Of a DNA stretch of 64,000 bases, positions 27,717 through 37,949 are shown in pieces. The DNA is from Ramlibacter sp. (GTDB taxonomy: Bacteria; Pseudomonadota; Gammaproteobacteria; Burkholderiales; Burkholderiaceae_C). Numbering within the stretch: position 1 is the first letter of the stretch; every line of letters begins with the position of its first letter. Position numbers and translations under genes: made by a program. The DNA is taken from contig NZ_JBFWNP010000030.1 in assembly GCF_050250995.1 (NCBI RefSeq), positions 367 through 64,366 on the forward strand. The letters run 5' to 3'. The notes below the pieces were generated by a model. The model was not told the DNA's origin, did not search any database, and saw nothing but the letters and a program-made list of their open reading frames with translations.

Positions 27717-28465
27717 GCCGCTGCCTTCGCGGAAGTCGCCGCACCGGCCGCATCGGCGGACACGAACGCGTTCGAGCGCAGCGCCGTCAGGTCGAGCACG
27801 CGCAGCCCGCCGTATTCGACGCGGATGCAGCCCTGCGCCTGCATCACCGACAGCGCCTCGTTCACACGCTGTCGCGACAGGCCGACGAGGTACGCGAGCT
27901 CCTGCTGCGTGATGCGCAGGACTTCACCCACGCCCGGATACAGCACGGGGTTGAAGAGCGACGCCAGGCTGCGTGCGACGCGCTGGTCGGGGTTGGTCAT
28001 GCGGTCGATTTCGCGCGCCGCGATGAACTGCGCGAGCCGCTCGTTGAGCTGGTTCATCACGAAACGGTTGAAGCCGATGGAGTGGTCCAGCAGCCAGTGG
28101 AAGCTGTCGATGGGCAGGCCCGCGACGACGCTGCGGCGCAGCGCCTGGATGTTGTAGCGATAGGCCTCGCGCTTGAGCGCCGTGCCTTCGCCGAACCAGC
28201 CGCCCGGGGGCACGCCGGTGAATGTCATCGTCTGTCCTTCTTCGTTGCCGCTCGACATCTTGAGGAGGCCCTCGATCACGCCGAACCAGTAGGTGACGGG
28301 GCGGCCGACGCGGCACACGTAGTCGCCCGTGTCGGCATCGGCCACCTTGATGTGCGGGGCGACGAGATCGTATTCGCTGCGCTGCAGCACGCGCAGCCAC
28401 GGAATGCCGGCGAGCTCGACGCCGGTCGGGTCGCGCCGGCGCTGGTGCAGGGTCAGTTCGGCCAT
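27713..28465 (-). CDS. Crp/Fnr-family regulator
   Basis: cNMP-binding domain [26 protein letters not shown]. Confidence 0.9.
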   Translation of the reverse strand: MAELTLHQRRRDPTGVELAGIPWLRVLQRSEYDLVAPHIKVADADTGDYVCRVGRPVTYWFGVIEGLLKMSSGNEEGQTMTFTGVPPGGWFGEGTALKREAYRYNIQALRRSVVAGLPIDSFHWLLDHSIGFNRFVMNQLNERLAQFIAAREIDRMTNPDQRVARSLASLFNPVLYPGVGEVLRITQQELAYLVGLSRQRVNEALSVMQAQGCIRVEYGGLRVLDLTALRSNAFVSADAAGAATSAKAAA

Positions 28466-28501
28466 GTCCCCTCGTTGCCCCTACTAGGAGTTTCCCTTGA
28501 A

Positions 28502-28519
28502 TTGTCGGCGCAAAGACAA
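28502..28519. promoter_or_regulatory. TTGTC-N8-GACAA palindrome (candidate Crp-family site)
   Basis: In the 87-bp divergent gap between crp and the acyl-CoA ligase. Confidence 0.45.
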
Positions 28520-28552
28520 CTCAACGTCAAAGCAGTTCCTACATTGCGGTGG

Positions 28553-30487
28553 ATGGACACGACGTTCCCCCGGCTTCTCCTCCAGCACGCTTCGCAGCGC
28601 TCCAGCGCGCCCGCGATGCGCGAGAAGGAGTACGGCATCTGGCAGACCCTCGCCTGGGGCGAGTTGCGCTCGCTGGTGGAACGCATCGCCTGCGGGCTGC
28701 ACCTGGCGGGCCTCGGTCGCGGCGAGCACATGGTCGTGATCGGCGCGAACCGCCCGCGCCTCTACGCGACGATGCTCGCGGCGCAGGCGCTCGGCGCGAT
28801 TCCCATTCCGCTGTACCAGGACGCGGTCGCCGCCGAATGCGTGCTGCCCATCGTGAACGCCGACGTGCGCTTCGCGTTCGCGGAAGACCAGGAGCAGGTC
28901 GACAAGCTGCTGGAGATCCGGCCGCAGTGCCCGCAGCTCTCGGCGATCTACTTCGACGACGCGCGCGGCTTGCGCAACTACGACGAAACCGGCCTGCACG
29001 CCCTCGACGCCTTGATCGAGCGGGGCGCCGACTTCGCGAAGGCGAATCCCGCGTGGTTCGAGGCCGAGGTCGGCAAGGCCCGGCCCGACGACGTGGCCGC
29101 GATGTTCTACACCTCGGGCACCACGGGCCAGGCGAAGGGCGTGGTGCATACGCACCGCAGCCTGCTCGACCGCGCGAAGGCGGGCGCCGACTTCGACGCG
29201 CTCACCGGCGACGAGGAAGTGCTCGCCTATCTGCCGCCCGCATGGATCGGGCAGAACATCTTCAGCTACGCGCAATGGCTCGCGTGCGGCTACGTGGTCA
29301 ACTGCCCCGAGTCGGCGGCCACCGTGACGATCGACCTCAAGGAGATCGGACCCACCTACTATTTCGCGCCGCCGCGCGTGTTCGAGGGCCTGCTCACGAA
29401 CGTGATGATCCGCATGGAAGACGCGAGCGCGCCCAAGCGCAAGCTGTTCCACGCCTTCATGGAGGTGGCGCGCCGCGTGGGCCCGGCCCTGCGGGACGGC
29501 AAACCGACGGGCATGCTCGACCGCATCAAATATGCGCTGGGCGACTGGCTCGTGTACGGGCCGCTGCGCAACAACCTCGGGCTGTCGCGCGTGCGCGTGG
29601 CGTACACCGCGGGCGAGGCGATCGGGCCCGACCTCTTCACGTTCTACCGCGCCATCGGCGTGAACCTGAAGCAGTTGTACGGCTCGACCGAGACGGCGGT
29701 GTTCGTCTGCATGCAGCCCGACCACCAGGTGCGGCCCGACACGGTGGGCGTGCCGTGCAACGGCGTCGAGATCCGGGTGGCCGGCAACGGCGAGGTGCTG
29801 GTGCGCTCGGCGGGCCTGCTGAAGGAGTACTACAAGAACCCGGAAGCCACCGCCGAGGTGAAGACCGCCGACGGCTGGTACCACACGGGCGATGCGGGCT
29901 TCCTGGACGCGCAGGGCCACCTGAAGATCATCGACCGCGCGAAGGACGTGGGACAGCTCGCCGACGGTTCGCTCTTCGCGCCGAAGTACATCGAGAACAA
30001 GCTGAAGTTCTTCCCGCACATCAAGGAGGCGGTGGCGGTGGGCGACCGGCGCGAGAAGGTGTGCGTGATGCTCAACATCGATTTCGAAGCGGTGGGCAAC
30101 TGGGCCGAGAAGCGCAACCTGCCCTATGCCGGCTACACCGACCTCGCGCAGAAGCCCGAGGTGTATCAACTGATCCGGGAGTGCGTGGAGAAGGTCAACG
30201 CCGACCTCGCGGCCGACGAGAAGCTCGCCGGCAGCCAGATCCATCGCTTCCTGATCCTGCACAAGGAGCTCGACGCCGACGACGGCGAGCTGACGCGGAC
30301 CAACAAGGTGAGGCGCGGCTTCATCGCGGACAAGTACGGCGTGCTGGTCGATGCACTCTATGCGGGCCGCACCGAGCAGTTCATCGAGACGGTGGTGAAG
30401 TTCGAGGACGGACGCAGCGGCCGGGTGAGCGCGACGCTGAAGATCGACGACGCCCGGACCTTCGCGCCGATGAAGGCGGCGGCATGA
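28553..30487 (+). CDS. Long-chain acyl-CoA synthetase-like AMP-binding protein
   Basis: YTSGTTGQAKG, YGSTE, WYHTGDAG. Confidence 0.92.
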   Translation: MDTTFPRLLLQHASQRSSAPAMREKEYGIWQTLAWGELRSLVERIACGLHLAGLGRGEHMVVIGANRPRLYATMLAAQALGAIPIPLYQDAVAAECVLPIVNADVRFAFAEDQEQVDKLLEIRPQCPQLSAIYFDDARGLRNYDETGLHALDALIERGADFAKANPAWFEAEVGKARPDDVAAMFYTSGTTGQAKGVVHTHRSLLDRAKAGADFDALTGDEEVLAYLPPAWIGQNIFSYAQWLACGYVVNCPESAATVTIDLKEIGPTYYFAPPRVFEGLLTNVMIRMEDASAPKRKLFHAFMEVARRVGPALRDGKPTGMLDRIKYALGDWLVYGPLRNNLGLSRVRVAYTAGEAIGPDLFTFYRAIGVNLKQLYGSTETAVFVCMQPDHQVRPDTVGVPCNGVEIRVAGNGEVLVRSAGLLKEYYKNPEATAEVKTADGWYHTGDAGFLDAQGHLKIIDRAKDVGQLADGSLFAPKYIENKLKFFPHIKEAVAVGDRREKVCVMLNIDFEAVGNWAEKRNLPYAGYTDLAQKPEVYQLIRECVEKVNADLAADEKLAGSQIHRFLILHKELDADDGELTRTNKVRRGFIADKYGVLVDALYAGRTEQFIETVVKFEDGRSGRVSATLKIDDARTFAPMKAAA

Positions 30488-31329
30488 AGACCATGAGCGA
30501 ACACGGCGGCACCCTTCACGCGGCCGAGGACGACCGGTCGGCCGCAGGGGGCAGGAAGACGGGCGACGTGATCCTGGACGTCAGGAACATCTCGCTCGCG
30601 TTCGGCGGCGTGAAGGCGCTGACCGACATCGCGTTCGACGTCCGCGAGCACGAGATCCGCGCGATCATCGGCCCCAACGGCGCGGGCAAGAGCTCCATGC
30701 TCAACTGCATCAACGGCGTCTACCAGCCGCAGCAGGGCACGATCAGTTTCCGCGGCCGCACGTTCAAGCACATGAACCCGCGGCAGGTGGCCGAGATGGG
30801 CATCGCGCGCACGTTCCAGAACCTCGCGCTGTTCAAGGGCATGAGCGTGCTCGACAACATCATGACGGGGCGCAACCTGCGCATCAGGAGCAACATCCTG
30901 CTCCAGGCGCTGCGCATCGGCCCGGCGGAGCGCGAGGAGATCCGGCATCGCGAATACGTCGAGCGGATCATCGACTTCCTCGAGATCCAGGCGTTCCGCA
31001 AGACGCCGGTGGGGCAATTGCCCTACGGCCTGCAAAAGCGCGTGGACCTCGGCCGCGCGCTCGCGATGGAGCCGCAGGTGCTGCTGCTCGACGAGCCCAT
31101 GGCCGGCATGAACCTGGAAGAAAAGCAGGACATGTGCCGCTTCGTGCTCGACGTCAACGACGAGTTCGGCACGACCGTCGTGCTGATCGAGCACGACATG
31201 GGCGTGGTGATGGACATCTCCGACCGCGTGGTGGTGCTGGACTACGGCCGCAAGATCGGCGACGGCACGCCGGCGCAGGTGCGCAACAACCCGGATGTGA
31301 TCTCCGCCTACCTCGGGACCTCGCACTGA
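30484..31329 (+). CDS. Branched-chain-type ABC ATP-binding protein (LivG-like)
   Basis: GPNGAGKS, LPYGLQKRV, LLDEP. Confidence 0.92.
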   Translation: MKTMSEHGGTLHAAEDDRSAAGGRKTGDVILDVRNISLAFGGVKALTDIAFDVREHEIRAIIGPNGAGKSSMLNCINGVYQPQQGTISFRGRTFKHMNPRQVAEMGIARTFQNLALFKGMSVLDNIMTGRNLRIRSNILLQALRIGPAEREEIRHREYVERIIDFLEIQAFRKTPVGQLPYGLQKRVDLGRALAMEPQVLLLDEPMAGMNLEEKQDMCRFVLDVNDEFGTTVVLIEHDMGVVMDISDRVVVLDYGRKIGDGTPAQVRNNPDVISAYLGTSH

Positions 31330-31330
31330 C

Positions 31331-32260
31331 ATGGGACCCTTCCTCGAAACCCTCCTCGGCGGCCTGATGACGGGCATGCTGTATTCGCTCGTCGCGCTCG
31401 GCTTCGTGCTGATCTTCAAGGCGTCCGGCGTCTTCAACTTCGCGCAGGGCGCGATGGTGCTGTTCGCGGCGTTGGCGATGTCGCGCTTCTCCGCATGGCT
31501 GCCGAAATGGCTGGGTTTCGAAAGCCTCGTGCTTGCGAACATCCTGGCCTTCCTCATCGCCGGCGTGCTGATGTTCGCGGTCGCGTGGCTCGTCGAGCGG
31601 CTCGTGCTGCGGCACCTGGTGAATCAGGACGGCGCGACACTGCTGATGGCGACCCTGGGCATCACGTATTTCCTGGACGGGCTCGGACAAGGTCTCTTCG
31701 GCTCCGACGTCTACAAGATCGACGTCGGCATGCCCAAGGAACCGTGGATCGCCATGACCTCGACCTTCGACGGCGGCATCCTCATCAGCAGGGAGGATCT
31801 CGTGGCCGCCGCGGTGGCGGCCGGGCTCGTCGCGCTGCTGGCCCTTTTCTTCCAGAAGACCGGCACCGGCCGCGCGCTGCGCGCGGTGGCCGACGACCAC
31901 CAGGCCGCGCAGTCGATCGGCATTCCGCTCGACCGCATCTGGATCATCGTGTGGTGCGTGGCCGGCATCGTCGCGCTCGTCGCGGGCGTGATCTGGGGAT
32001 CGAAGCTCGGCGTGCAGTTCTCGCTGTCGACCGTCGCCCTGCGCGCGCTGCCCGTGGTGATCCTGGGCGGCCTCACGTCGGTGCCCGGCGCGATCATCGG
32101 GGGGCTGATCATCGGCGTGGGCGAGAAGCTGTCGGAGGTCTACATCGGCCCGATGGTCGGCGGCGGCATCGAGATCTGGTTCGCCTACATGCTGGCGCTC
32201 GTCGTGCTCCTGTTCAGGCCCCAGGGCCTGTTCGGCGAGAAGATCATCGATCGCGTGTGA
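31331..32260 (+). CDS. Branched-chain-type ABC permease (LivH-like)
   Basis: YSLVALGFVLIFKASGVFNFAQG. Confidence 0.92.
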   Translation: MGPFLETLLGGLMTGMLYSLVALGFVLIFKASGVFNFAQGAMVLFAALAMSRFSAWLPKWLGFESLVLANILAFLIAGVLMFAVAWLVERLVLRHLVNQDGATLLMATLGITYFLDGLGQGLFGSDVYKIDVGMPKEPWIAMTSTFDGGILISREDLVAAAVAAGLVALLALFFQKTGTGRALRAVADDHQAAQSIGIPLDRIWIIVWCVAGIVALVAGVIWGSKLGVQFSLSTVALRALPVVILGGLTSVPGAIIGGLIIGVGEKLSEVYIGPMVGGGIEIWFAYMLALVVLLFRPQGLFGEKIIDRV

Positions 32261-32276
32261 TCGGGGACGCACAAAA

Positions 32277-33353
32277 ATGATCTATCGCGAAAACGGCCAG
32301 TTCAAGACGAGCTACCGCGCCGACCAGCAGATCTTCCCCGTGCTGCAGGACCGCTGGGCGGTCGCCGCGATCCTCGCGGTCGCGTTCATCGCCGTGCCGG
32401 CGCTCGCCAGCGACTACATGCTGCGGGCCGTGCTCATCCCCTTCCTCATCCTCTCGCTCGCGGCGCTCGGCGTGAACATCCTCGTGGGCTACTGCGGCCA
32501 GATCTCGCTGGGCTCGGGCGCCTTCATGGCCGTCGGCGCCTACGCGGCCTACAACGCGTTCGTGCGCCTGGACGGCATGCCGGTCGTCGTCGCCATCCTG
32601 GTGGGCGGCTTCTTCGCGATGCTCGTCGGCATGGCGTTCGGCATTCCCAGCCTGCGCGTGCGCGGCCTCTACCTGGCCGTGGCGACGCTCGCCGCGCAGT
32701 TCTTCTGCGACTGGGCGTTCCTACGCATCAAGTGGTTCACCAACAACTCGTCGTCCGGCTCGGTCGCCGTCTCCGACATCCACATCATGGGCTGGCTGGT
32801 CGACTCCCCCGCCGACAAGTACCTGTTCTGCCTCGGCTTCCTCGCGGTCTTCGCGCTGCTCGCCAAGAACCTCGTGCGCAGCGCGATCGGCCGCGAATGG
32901 ATGGCCATCCGCGACATGGACGTCGCCGCCGCGGTGATTGGCATCCGGCCGATGTACGCGAAGCTGAGCGCGTTCGCGGTGAGCTCGTTCATCGTCGGCG
33001 TGGCCGGCGCGCTGTGGGCGTTCATCTACCTCGGCTCGTGGGAGCCGCTGGCCTTCTCGGTCGACCGCTCGTTCCAGCTGCTGTTCATGGTGATCATCGG
33101 CGGCCTCGGCTCGATCATGGGCAGCTTCTTCGGCGCCGCCTTCATCGTCGTGCTGCCGATCTTCCTGAATCAGGCGTTGCCGGCCGCGGCCGCCCTGTTC
33201 GGCGTGACGATCTCGACCGCGGGCGTCGCGCACACGGAATACATGGTCTTCGGCGCGCTCATCGTCTGGTTCCTGATCGTCGAGCCGCACGGCCTTGCCC
33301 GACTCTGGTCCATCGGCAAGCAGAAGCTGCGGATATGGCCTTTCCCCCACTGA
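32277..33353 (+). CDS. Branched-chain-type ABC permease (LivM-like)
   Basis: GYCGQISLG, GLYLAVATLA, MVIIGGLGS. Confidence 0.92.
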   Translation: MIYRENGQFKTSYRADQQIFPVLQDRWAVAAILAVAFIAVPALASDYMLRAVLIPFLILSLAALGVNILVGYCGQISLGSGAFMAVGAYAAYNAFVRLDGMPVVVAILVGGFFAMLVGMAFGIPSLRVRGLYLAVATLAAQFFCDWAFLRIKWFTNNSSSGSVAVSDIHIMGWLVDSPADKYLFCLGFLAVFALLAKNLVRSAIGREWMAIRDMDVAAAVIGIRPMYAKLSAFAVSSFIVGVAGALWAFIYLGSWEPLAFSVDRSFQLLFMVIIGGLGSIMGSFFGAAFIVVLPIFLNQALPAAAALFGVTISTAGVAHTEYMVFGALIVWFLIVEPHGLARLWSIGKQKLRIWPFPH

Positions 33354-33396
33354 CGGCATTTCCCGTCCTTCCCGCTTTTTCCTAAGGAGACATGGC

Positions 33397-34719
33397 ATGA
33401 AACTGCGACACATCGCCCTCGCCGCCTGCGCGGCCGCCGCACTGGCATCCGGCATGGCGCAAGCCCAGCAGAAAGTGCAGTTCTTCCCGAGCCTCACGGG
33501 GCGCACGGGTCCGGTGGCGCCGAACGCGACGCCGTTCGCCAACGGCTACGCCGACTACATGAAGCTGGTCAACCTGCGGGGCGGCATCAACGGCGTGATG
33601 ACCCTGGTGGAGGAATGCGAGACCGCCTACGACACCGCACGCGGCGTCGAATGCTACGAGCGCCTCAAGGGCAAGCACGGCGGCGCGACCGTGTTCCAGC
33701 CGCTGTCCACCGGCATCACCTTCGCGCTGACCGAGAAGGTGCCCGCCGACAAGATCCCGCTCATCACCTCCGGCTACGGCCGCAGCGACAGCGCGGACGG
33801 CACCATCTTCAAGTGGAACTTCCCGCTGCTCGGCCACTACTGGGTCGCGGGCGACACCGTGCTCCAGCACATCGCGAAGCAGCAGGGCGGCTGGGACAAG
33901 CTCAAGGGCAAGAAGATCGCCGTCGTGTTCCACGACAGCCCGTTCGGCAAGGAGCTGCTGCCGATCGTCCAGGAACGCGCCGCGATGCACGGCTTCGAGC
34001 TGCAGCTGCTGCCGGTGCCGGCGCCCGGCGTGGAGCAGAAGTCGATCTGGCTGCAGGTGCGCCAGCAGCGGCCCGACTTCGTGGTGATGCAGACCTGGGG
34101 CGTCATGACGCCCACCGCGATCAAGGAGGCGATCGCCGTCGGCTATCCGCGCGAGAAGATGTTCGGCACCTGGTGGTCCGGCGCGGAGCCGGACCTGCGC
34201 GACATCGGCGCGAGCGCGAAGGGCTACAACGCGGTGATGATGCAGCACGGCGCCGAGCCGCAGTCGGCCGTGGTCAAGGAAATCCTCGAGAAGGTCCATG
34301 CCAAGGGCCAGGGCACCGGCCCGAAGGAAGAGGTCGGGTCCGTCCTCTACATGCGCGGGGTGGTCGGCGCGATGCTGGCGGTCGAAGGCGTCCGCGCGGC
34401 GCAGGAACGCTACGGCAAGGGCAAGCCGATGACGGGCGAGCAGGCGCGCTGGGGCTACGAGAACCTGAACCTCACCCAGGCCAAGCTCGACGCCGCGGGC
34501 TTCAAGGGCGTGCTGCGCCCGATCTCCACGAGCTGCAACGACCACATGGGCGCGACCGTCGCGCGCGTGCATACCTGGGACGGCGCGAAGTTCACCTGGG
34601 CGTCCGACTGGCTGCAGGCCGACGAATCGCTGATCAAGCCGCTCGTCAGGACCTCCGCCGAGAAGTACGCGGGCGAGAAGAAGCTGACGCGCCGCGCACC
34701 CTCGGACTGCCAGTCCTGA
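33397..34719 (+). CDS. ABC substrate-binding protein (periplasmic binding protein type 1)
   Basis: Signal peptide; CETAYDTARGVECYERLK; AAGGAG SD. Confidence 0.9.
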   Translation: MKLRHIALAACAAAALASGMAQAQQKVQFFPSLTGRTGPVAPNATPFANGYADYMKLVNLRGGINGVMTLVEECETAYDTARGVECYERLKGKHGGATVFQPLSTGITFALTEKVPADKIPLITSGYGRSDSADGTIFKWNFPLLGHYWVAGDTVLQHIAKQQGGWDKLKGKKIAVVFHDSPFGKELLPIVQERAAMHGFELQLLPVPAPGVEQKSIWLQVRQQRPDFVVMQTWGVMTPTAIKEAIAVGYPREKMFGTWWSGAEPDLRDIGASAKGYNAVMMQHGAEPQSAVVKEILEKVHAKGQGTGPKEEVGSVLYMRGVVGAMLAVEGVRAAQERYGKGKPMTGEQARWGYENLNLTQAKLDAAGFKGVLRPISTSCNDHMGATVARVHTWDGAKFTWASDWLQADESLIKPLVRTSAEKYAGEKKLTRRAPSDCQS

Positions 34720-34721
34720 TC

Positions 34722-35531
34722 GTGGAGACCCGCAGGATCGTCCTCGACGTCAACGGCATCGAGGTCATCTACAACCACGTGATCCTCGTGCTCAAGGGGG
34801 TCTCGCTGCAGGTGCCCGAGGGCAGCGTGGTCGCGCTGCTCGGCGGCAACGGCGCGGGCAAGACGACCACGCTGCGCGCCGTGTCCAACCTGCTCGCGGG
34901 CCAGCGCGGCGTGGTGACCAAGGGCTCGATCGAGCTGCGCGGCGAACGCATCGAGAACCTGACGCCCGCCGACCTCGTGCAGCGAGGCGTGGTGCAGGTG
35001 ATGGAGGGCCGGCACTGCTTCGCGCACCTCACGATCGAGGAGAACCTGCTCACGGGCGCCTACACGCGCAAGAGCAAAGGCGAGATCGCTGCGAGTCTCG
35101 ACAAGGTGTACGCGTACTTCCCGCGCCTGAAGACCCGCCGCACCTCGCAGGCCGCGTACACCTCGGGCGGCGAGCAGCAGATGTGCGCCATCGGCCGCGC
35201 GCTGATGGCGAACCCGTCGCTCGTGCTGCTCGACGAGCCGTCGATGGGACTCGCGCCGCAGATCGTGGAGGAGGTGTTCGAGATCGTGAAGGACCTGAAC
35301 ACGAAGGAGAAGGTCACCTTCCTGCTCGCCGAGCAGAACACGAACATGGCGCTGAAGTACGCAGGCTACGGCTACATCCTCGAGAGCGGCCGCATCGTGA
35401 TGGACGGGCCGGCCAGCGATCTCGCATCGAACGAGGACGTGAAGGAGTTCTACCTCGGCGTGGGCGGCGGCGAACGCAAGAGCTTCCGCGACGTGAAGAG
35501 CTACAAGCGCCGCAAGAGGTGGCTCGCGTGA
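34722..35531 (+). CDS. ABC ATP-binding protein (LivF-like)
   Basis: GGNGAGKT, TSGGEQQM, LLDEPSMGLAP. Confidence 0.92.
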   Translation: METRRIVLDVNGIEVIYNHVILVLKGVSLQVPEGSVVALLGGNGAGKTTTLRAVSNLLAGQRGVVTKGSIELRGERIENLTPADLVQRGVVQVMEGRHCFAHLTIEENLLTGAYTRKSKGEIAASLDKVYAYFPRLKTRRTSQAAYTSGGEQQMCAIGRALMANPSLVLLDEPSMGLAPQIVEEVFEIVKDLNTKEKVTFLLAEQNTNMALKYAGYGYILESGRIVMDGPASDLASNEDVKEFYLGVGGGERKSFRDVKSYKRRKRWLA

Positions 35532-36775
35532 ACTCCTTCTTCGACGATCTGGAGCAACGCTCGCGCGACGAGCGCGAGGCGCACCTGCTCGCCGCGTTGC
35601 CGGGGCACGTCGCGCATGCGAAGAATGCGTCGCGCGCCTTCGCGCAATCGCTGGCCGAGGTCGACGCGTCGCGCGTCACCACGCGCGACGCCCTTGCGAA
35701 GCTGCCCGTGCTGCGCAAGCACGAGCTGCTGGAACGCCAGCGCGCGCACAAGGACACCGATGCCTTCGGCGGCTTCGCCGCCGTCGTGCGCGGGCCGAGG
35801 ATGCCGCGCGTGTTCGCATCTCCCGGGCCGATCTACGAGCCCGAAGGCGCGGCGCGGGACTACTGGCGCGCCGGGCGCGCGATGTTCGCCGCGGGCTTCC
35901 GCGCGGGGGACCTCGTCCACAACGCCTTCAGCTACCACATGACGCCGGGCGCGTTCATCATGGAATCGGGCGCGCACGCCGTGGGCTGCACGGTCTTCCC
36001 CGCCGGCACCGGCCAGACGGAGCAGCAGCTGCAGGCGATTGCCGAGCTGAAGCCGGATGCGTATTCGGGAACGCCGAGCTTCCTGCGCATTCTCGTCGAG
36101 AAGGCGCAGGAGACCGGCGCCGGCATCGCGAGCCTTCGCAAGGCGATGGTGGGCGGCGAGGCCTTCCCGCCGAGCCTGCGCGACTGGTTCGGCGAACAGG
36201 GAATCGCCGCTTACCAGTGCTACGCAACCGCCGACCTCGGCATGGTCGCGTACGAAACCGCATCGCGCGAAGGCATGGTCGTCGAGGAAAGCGTCATCGT
36301 CGAGATCGTGCGTCCCGGCACCGGCGACCCCGTGGCCGAAGGCGAAGTGGGCGAGGTCGTCGTCACCGTGCTGAACCCGGACTACCCGCTCATCCGTTTC
36401 GGCACGGGCGACCTCTCGGCCGTGCTGCCCGGGATCTGCCCGACCGGCCGCACGAACATGCGCATCAAGGGCTGGATGGGGCGTGCGGACCAGACCACCA
36501 AGATCCGCGGCATGTTCGTCCATCCGTCGCAGGTGGCGGACGTCGCGCGGCGCTTTCCCGAAATCGTGAAGGCGCGGCTCGTGGTCAGCGGCGAGATGGC
36601 CAACGACACGATGACGCTGCACGTCGAGGCTTCTTCCAACCCTCGGGACCTAGACTTGCGTATAGGGGAGGCTGTACGCGAAGTGACCAAATTGCGGGCC
36701 GACGTCGTGATGCTCGCGCCGGGCTCTCTTCCCAATGACGGCAAGGTCATCGAGGACGCGCGGAGCTACAAGTAA
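35528..36775 (+). CDS. Phenylacetate-CoA ligase-like (PaaK family) protein
   Basis: FASPGPIYEP, YATADLG, YPLIRFGTGD, KIRGMFVHP. Confidence 0.88.
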   Translation: MNSFFDDLEQRSRDEREAHLLAALPGHVAHAKNASRAFAQSLAEVDASRVTTRDALAKLPVLRKHELLERQRAHKDTDAFGGFAAVVRGPRMPRVFASPGPIYEPEGAARDYWRAGRAMFAAGFRAGDLVHNAFSYHMTPGAFIMESGAHAVGCTVFPAGTGQTEQQLQAIAELKPDAYSGTPSFLRILVEKAQETGAGIASLRKAMVGGEAFPPSLRDWFGEQGIAAYQCYATADLGMVAYETASREGMVVEESVIVEIVRPGTGDPVAEGEVGEVVVTVLNPDYPLIRFGTGDLSAVLPGICPTGRTNMRIKGWMGRADQTTKIRGMFVHPSQVADVARRFPEIVKARLVVSGEMANDTMTLHVEASSNPRDLDLRIGEAVREVTKLRADVVMLAPGSLPNDGKVIEDARSYK

Positions 36776-36868
36776 ATGTTGGTTCGCGGCGCCTCGCGCT
36801 ACGTAGTTACCGCGTTGCCCGGCCGGCGCCGGATGCCTATCATGGCCGCGCACATTCAAGGAGCGTTC

Positions 36869-37858
36869 ATGCACAAGTTTCTCAAGTCCCTGGTGCCCGT
36901 GGCACTGCTCGCCGTCGCGGCCGCCGCCGGTGCGCAGGGATTCCCCGTCAAAGACAAGGTGATCACGCTCGTCGTGCCCTTCGCCGCCGGCGGTCCCACC
37001 GACCGCGTCGCCCGCGATCTCGCGGAAGCCATGCGCAAGCCGATGGGCGGCGGCACGATCGTCGTGGACAACGCGGCCGGCGCGGGCGGCTCGATCGGCG
37101 CGAACAAGGTGGCCAAGGCCCCCGCCGACGGCTACACGCTGCTCGTCCATCACATCGGCATGGCCACGATGCCCACGCTGGTGCGCAACATCCCGTTCAA
37201 GGTCGAGAGCGATTTCGAGTACGTGGGCCTCGTCAACGACGTGCCCATGACGCTGATCAGCCGCCCGTCCCTTGCCGCCAACAACTACAAGGAACTCGTG
37301 TCCTGGATCGGCGCGAACAAGGGCAAGGTCAACCTGGCGAACGCCGGCGTCGGCTCCGCCTCGCACCTGTGCGGCATGCTGTTCCAGTCCGCGCCGAAGG
37401 AAGACATGACGACGGTGCCTTACAAGGGCACCGGCCCGGCCATGACCGACCTCATCGCCGGCCAGGTCGACATCATGTGCGACCAGACCACCAACACCAC
37501 GGCGCAGATCGAAGGCAAGAAGGTCAAGGCCTTCGCGGTGAGCTCGCCGAAGCGCCTCACGACGCCGGCCCTCAAGGACCTGCCGACGCTCGACGAAGCC
37601 GGCCTCAAGGGCTTCAACGTGAGCATCTTCCACGGCCTCTACGCGCCCAAGGGCACGCCCCCCGCCGTGATCGCCAAGCTCAACGATGCGCTCAAGGTCG
37701 CCCTGAAGGACCCCGAGTTCATCAAGAAGCAGGAAGGCCTGGGCGCCGTGGTCGTGAACGACAAGCGCATGGAGCCGGCGGAGCACAAGCGCTTCGTCGC
37801 CGCGGAAATCGCGAAGTGGAGCCCGGTCATCAAGGCCGCCGGCGTCTACGTCGACTGA
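36869..37858 (+). CDS. Bug/TctC tripartite tricarboxylate transporter substrate-binding protein
   Basis: [30 protein letters not shown]. Confidence 0.93.
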   Translation: MHKFLKSLVPVALLAVAAAAGAQGFPVKDKVITLVVPFAAGGPTDRVARDLAEAMRKPMGGGTIVVDNAAGAGGSIGANKVAKAPADGYTLLVHHIGMATMPTLVRNIPFKVESDFEYVGLVNDVPMTLISRPSLAANNYKELVSWIGANKGKVNLANAGVGSASHLCGMLFQSAPKEDMTTVPYKGTGPAMTDLIAGQVDIMCDQTTNTTAQIEGKKVKAFAVSSPKRLTTPALKDLPTLDEAGLKGFNVSIFHGLYAPKGTPPAVIAKLNDALKVALKDPEFIKKQEGLGAVVVNDKRMEPAEHKRFVAAEIAKWSPVIKAAGVYVD

Positions 37859-37885
37859 TCGCCAGCCGATCGTCGCGCTCTCATG

Positions 37886-37917
37886 GAAAAGCCGCTCTCC
37901 GGAGCGGCTTTTTCTTT
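37886..37917. terminator. Rho-independent (bidirectional) terminator
   Basis: AAAAGCCGCTC-tccg-GAGCGGCTTTT followed by TCTTT. Confidence 0.85.
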
Positions 37918-37949
37918 GGCATCATCGAAGAACAAAAAGGAGACAAGCC

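Noticed and set aside
28082-36775. N-terminal extensions and antisense ORFs across the ligase/Liv cluster
   Set aside because: Stop-poor high-GC frames; real starts are supported by SD sequences and stop/start overlaps.
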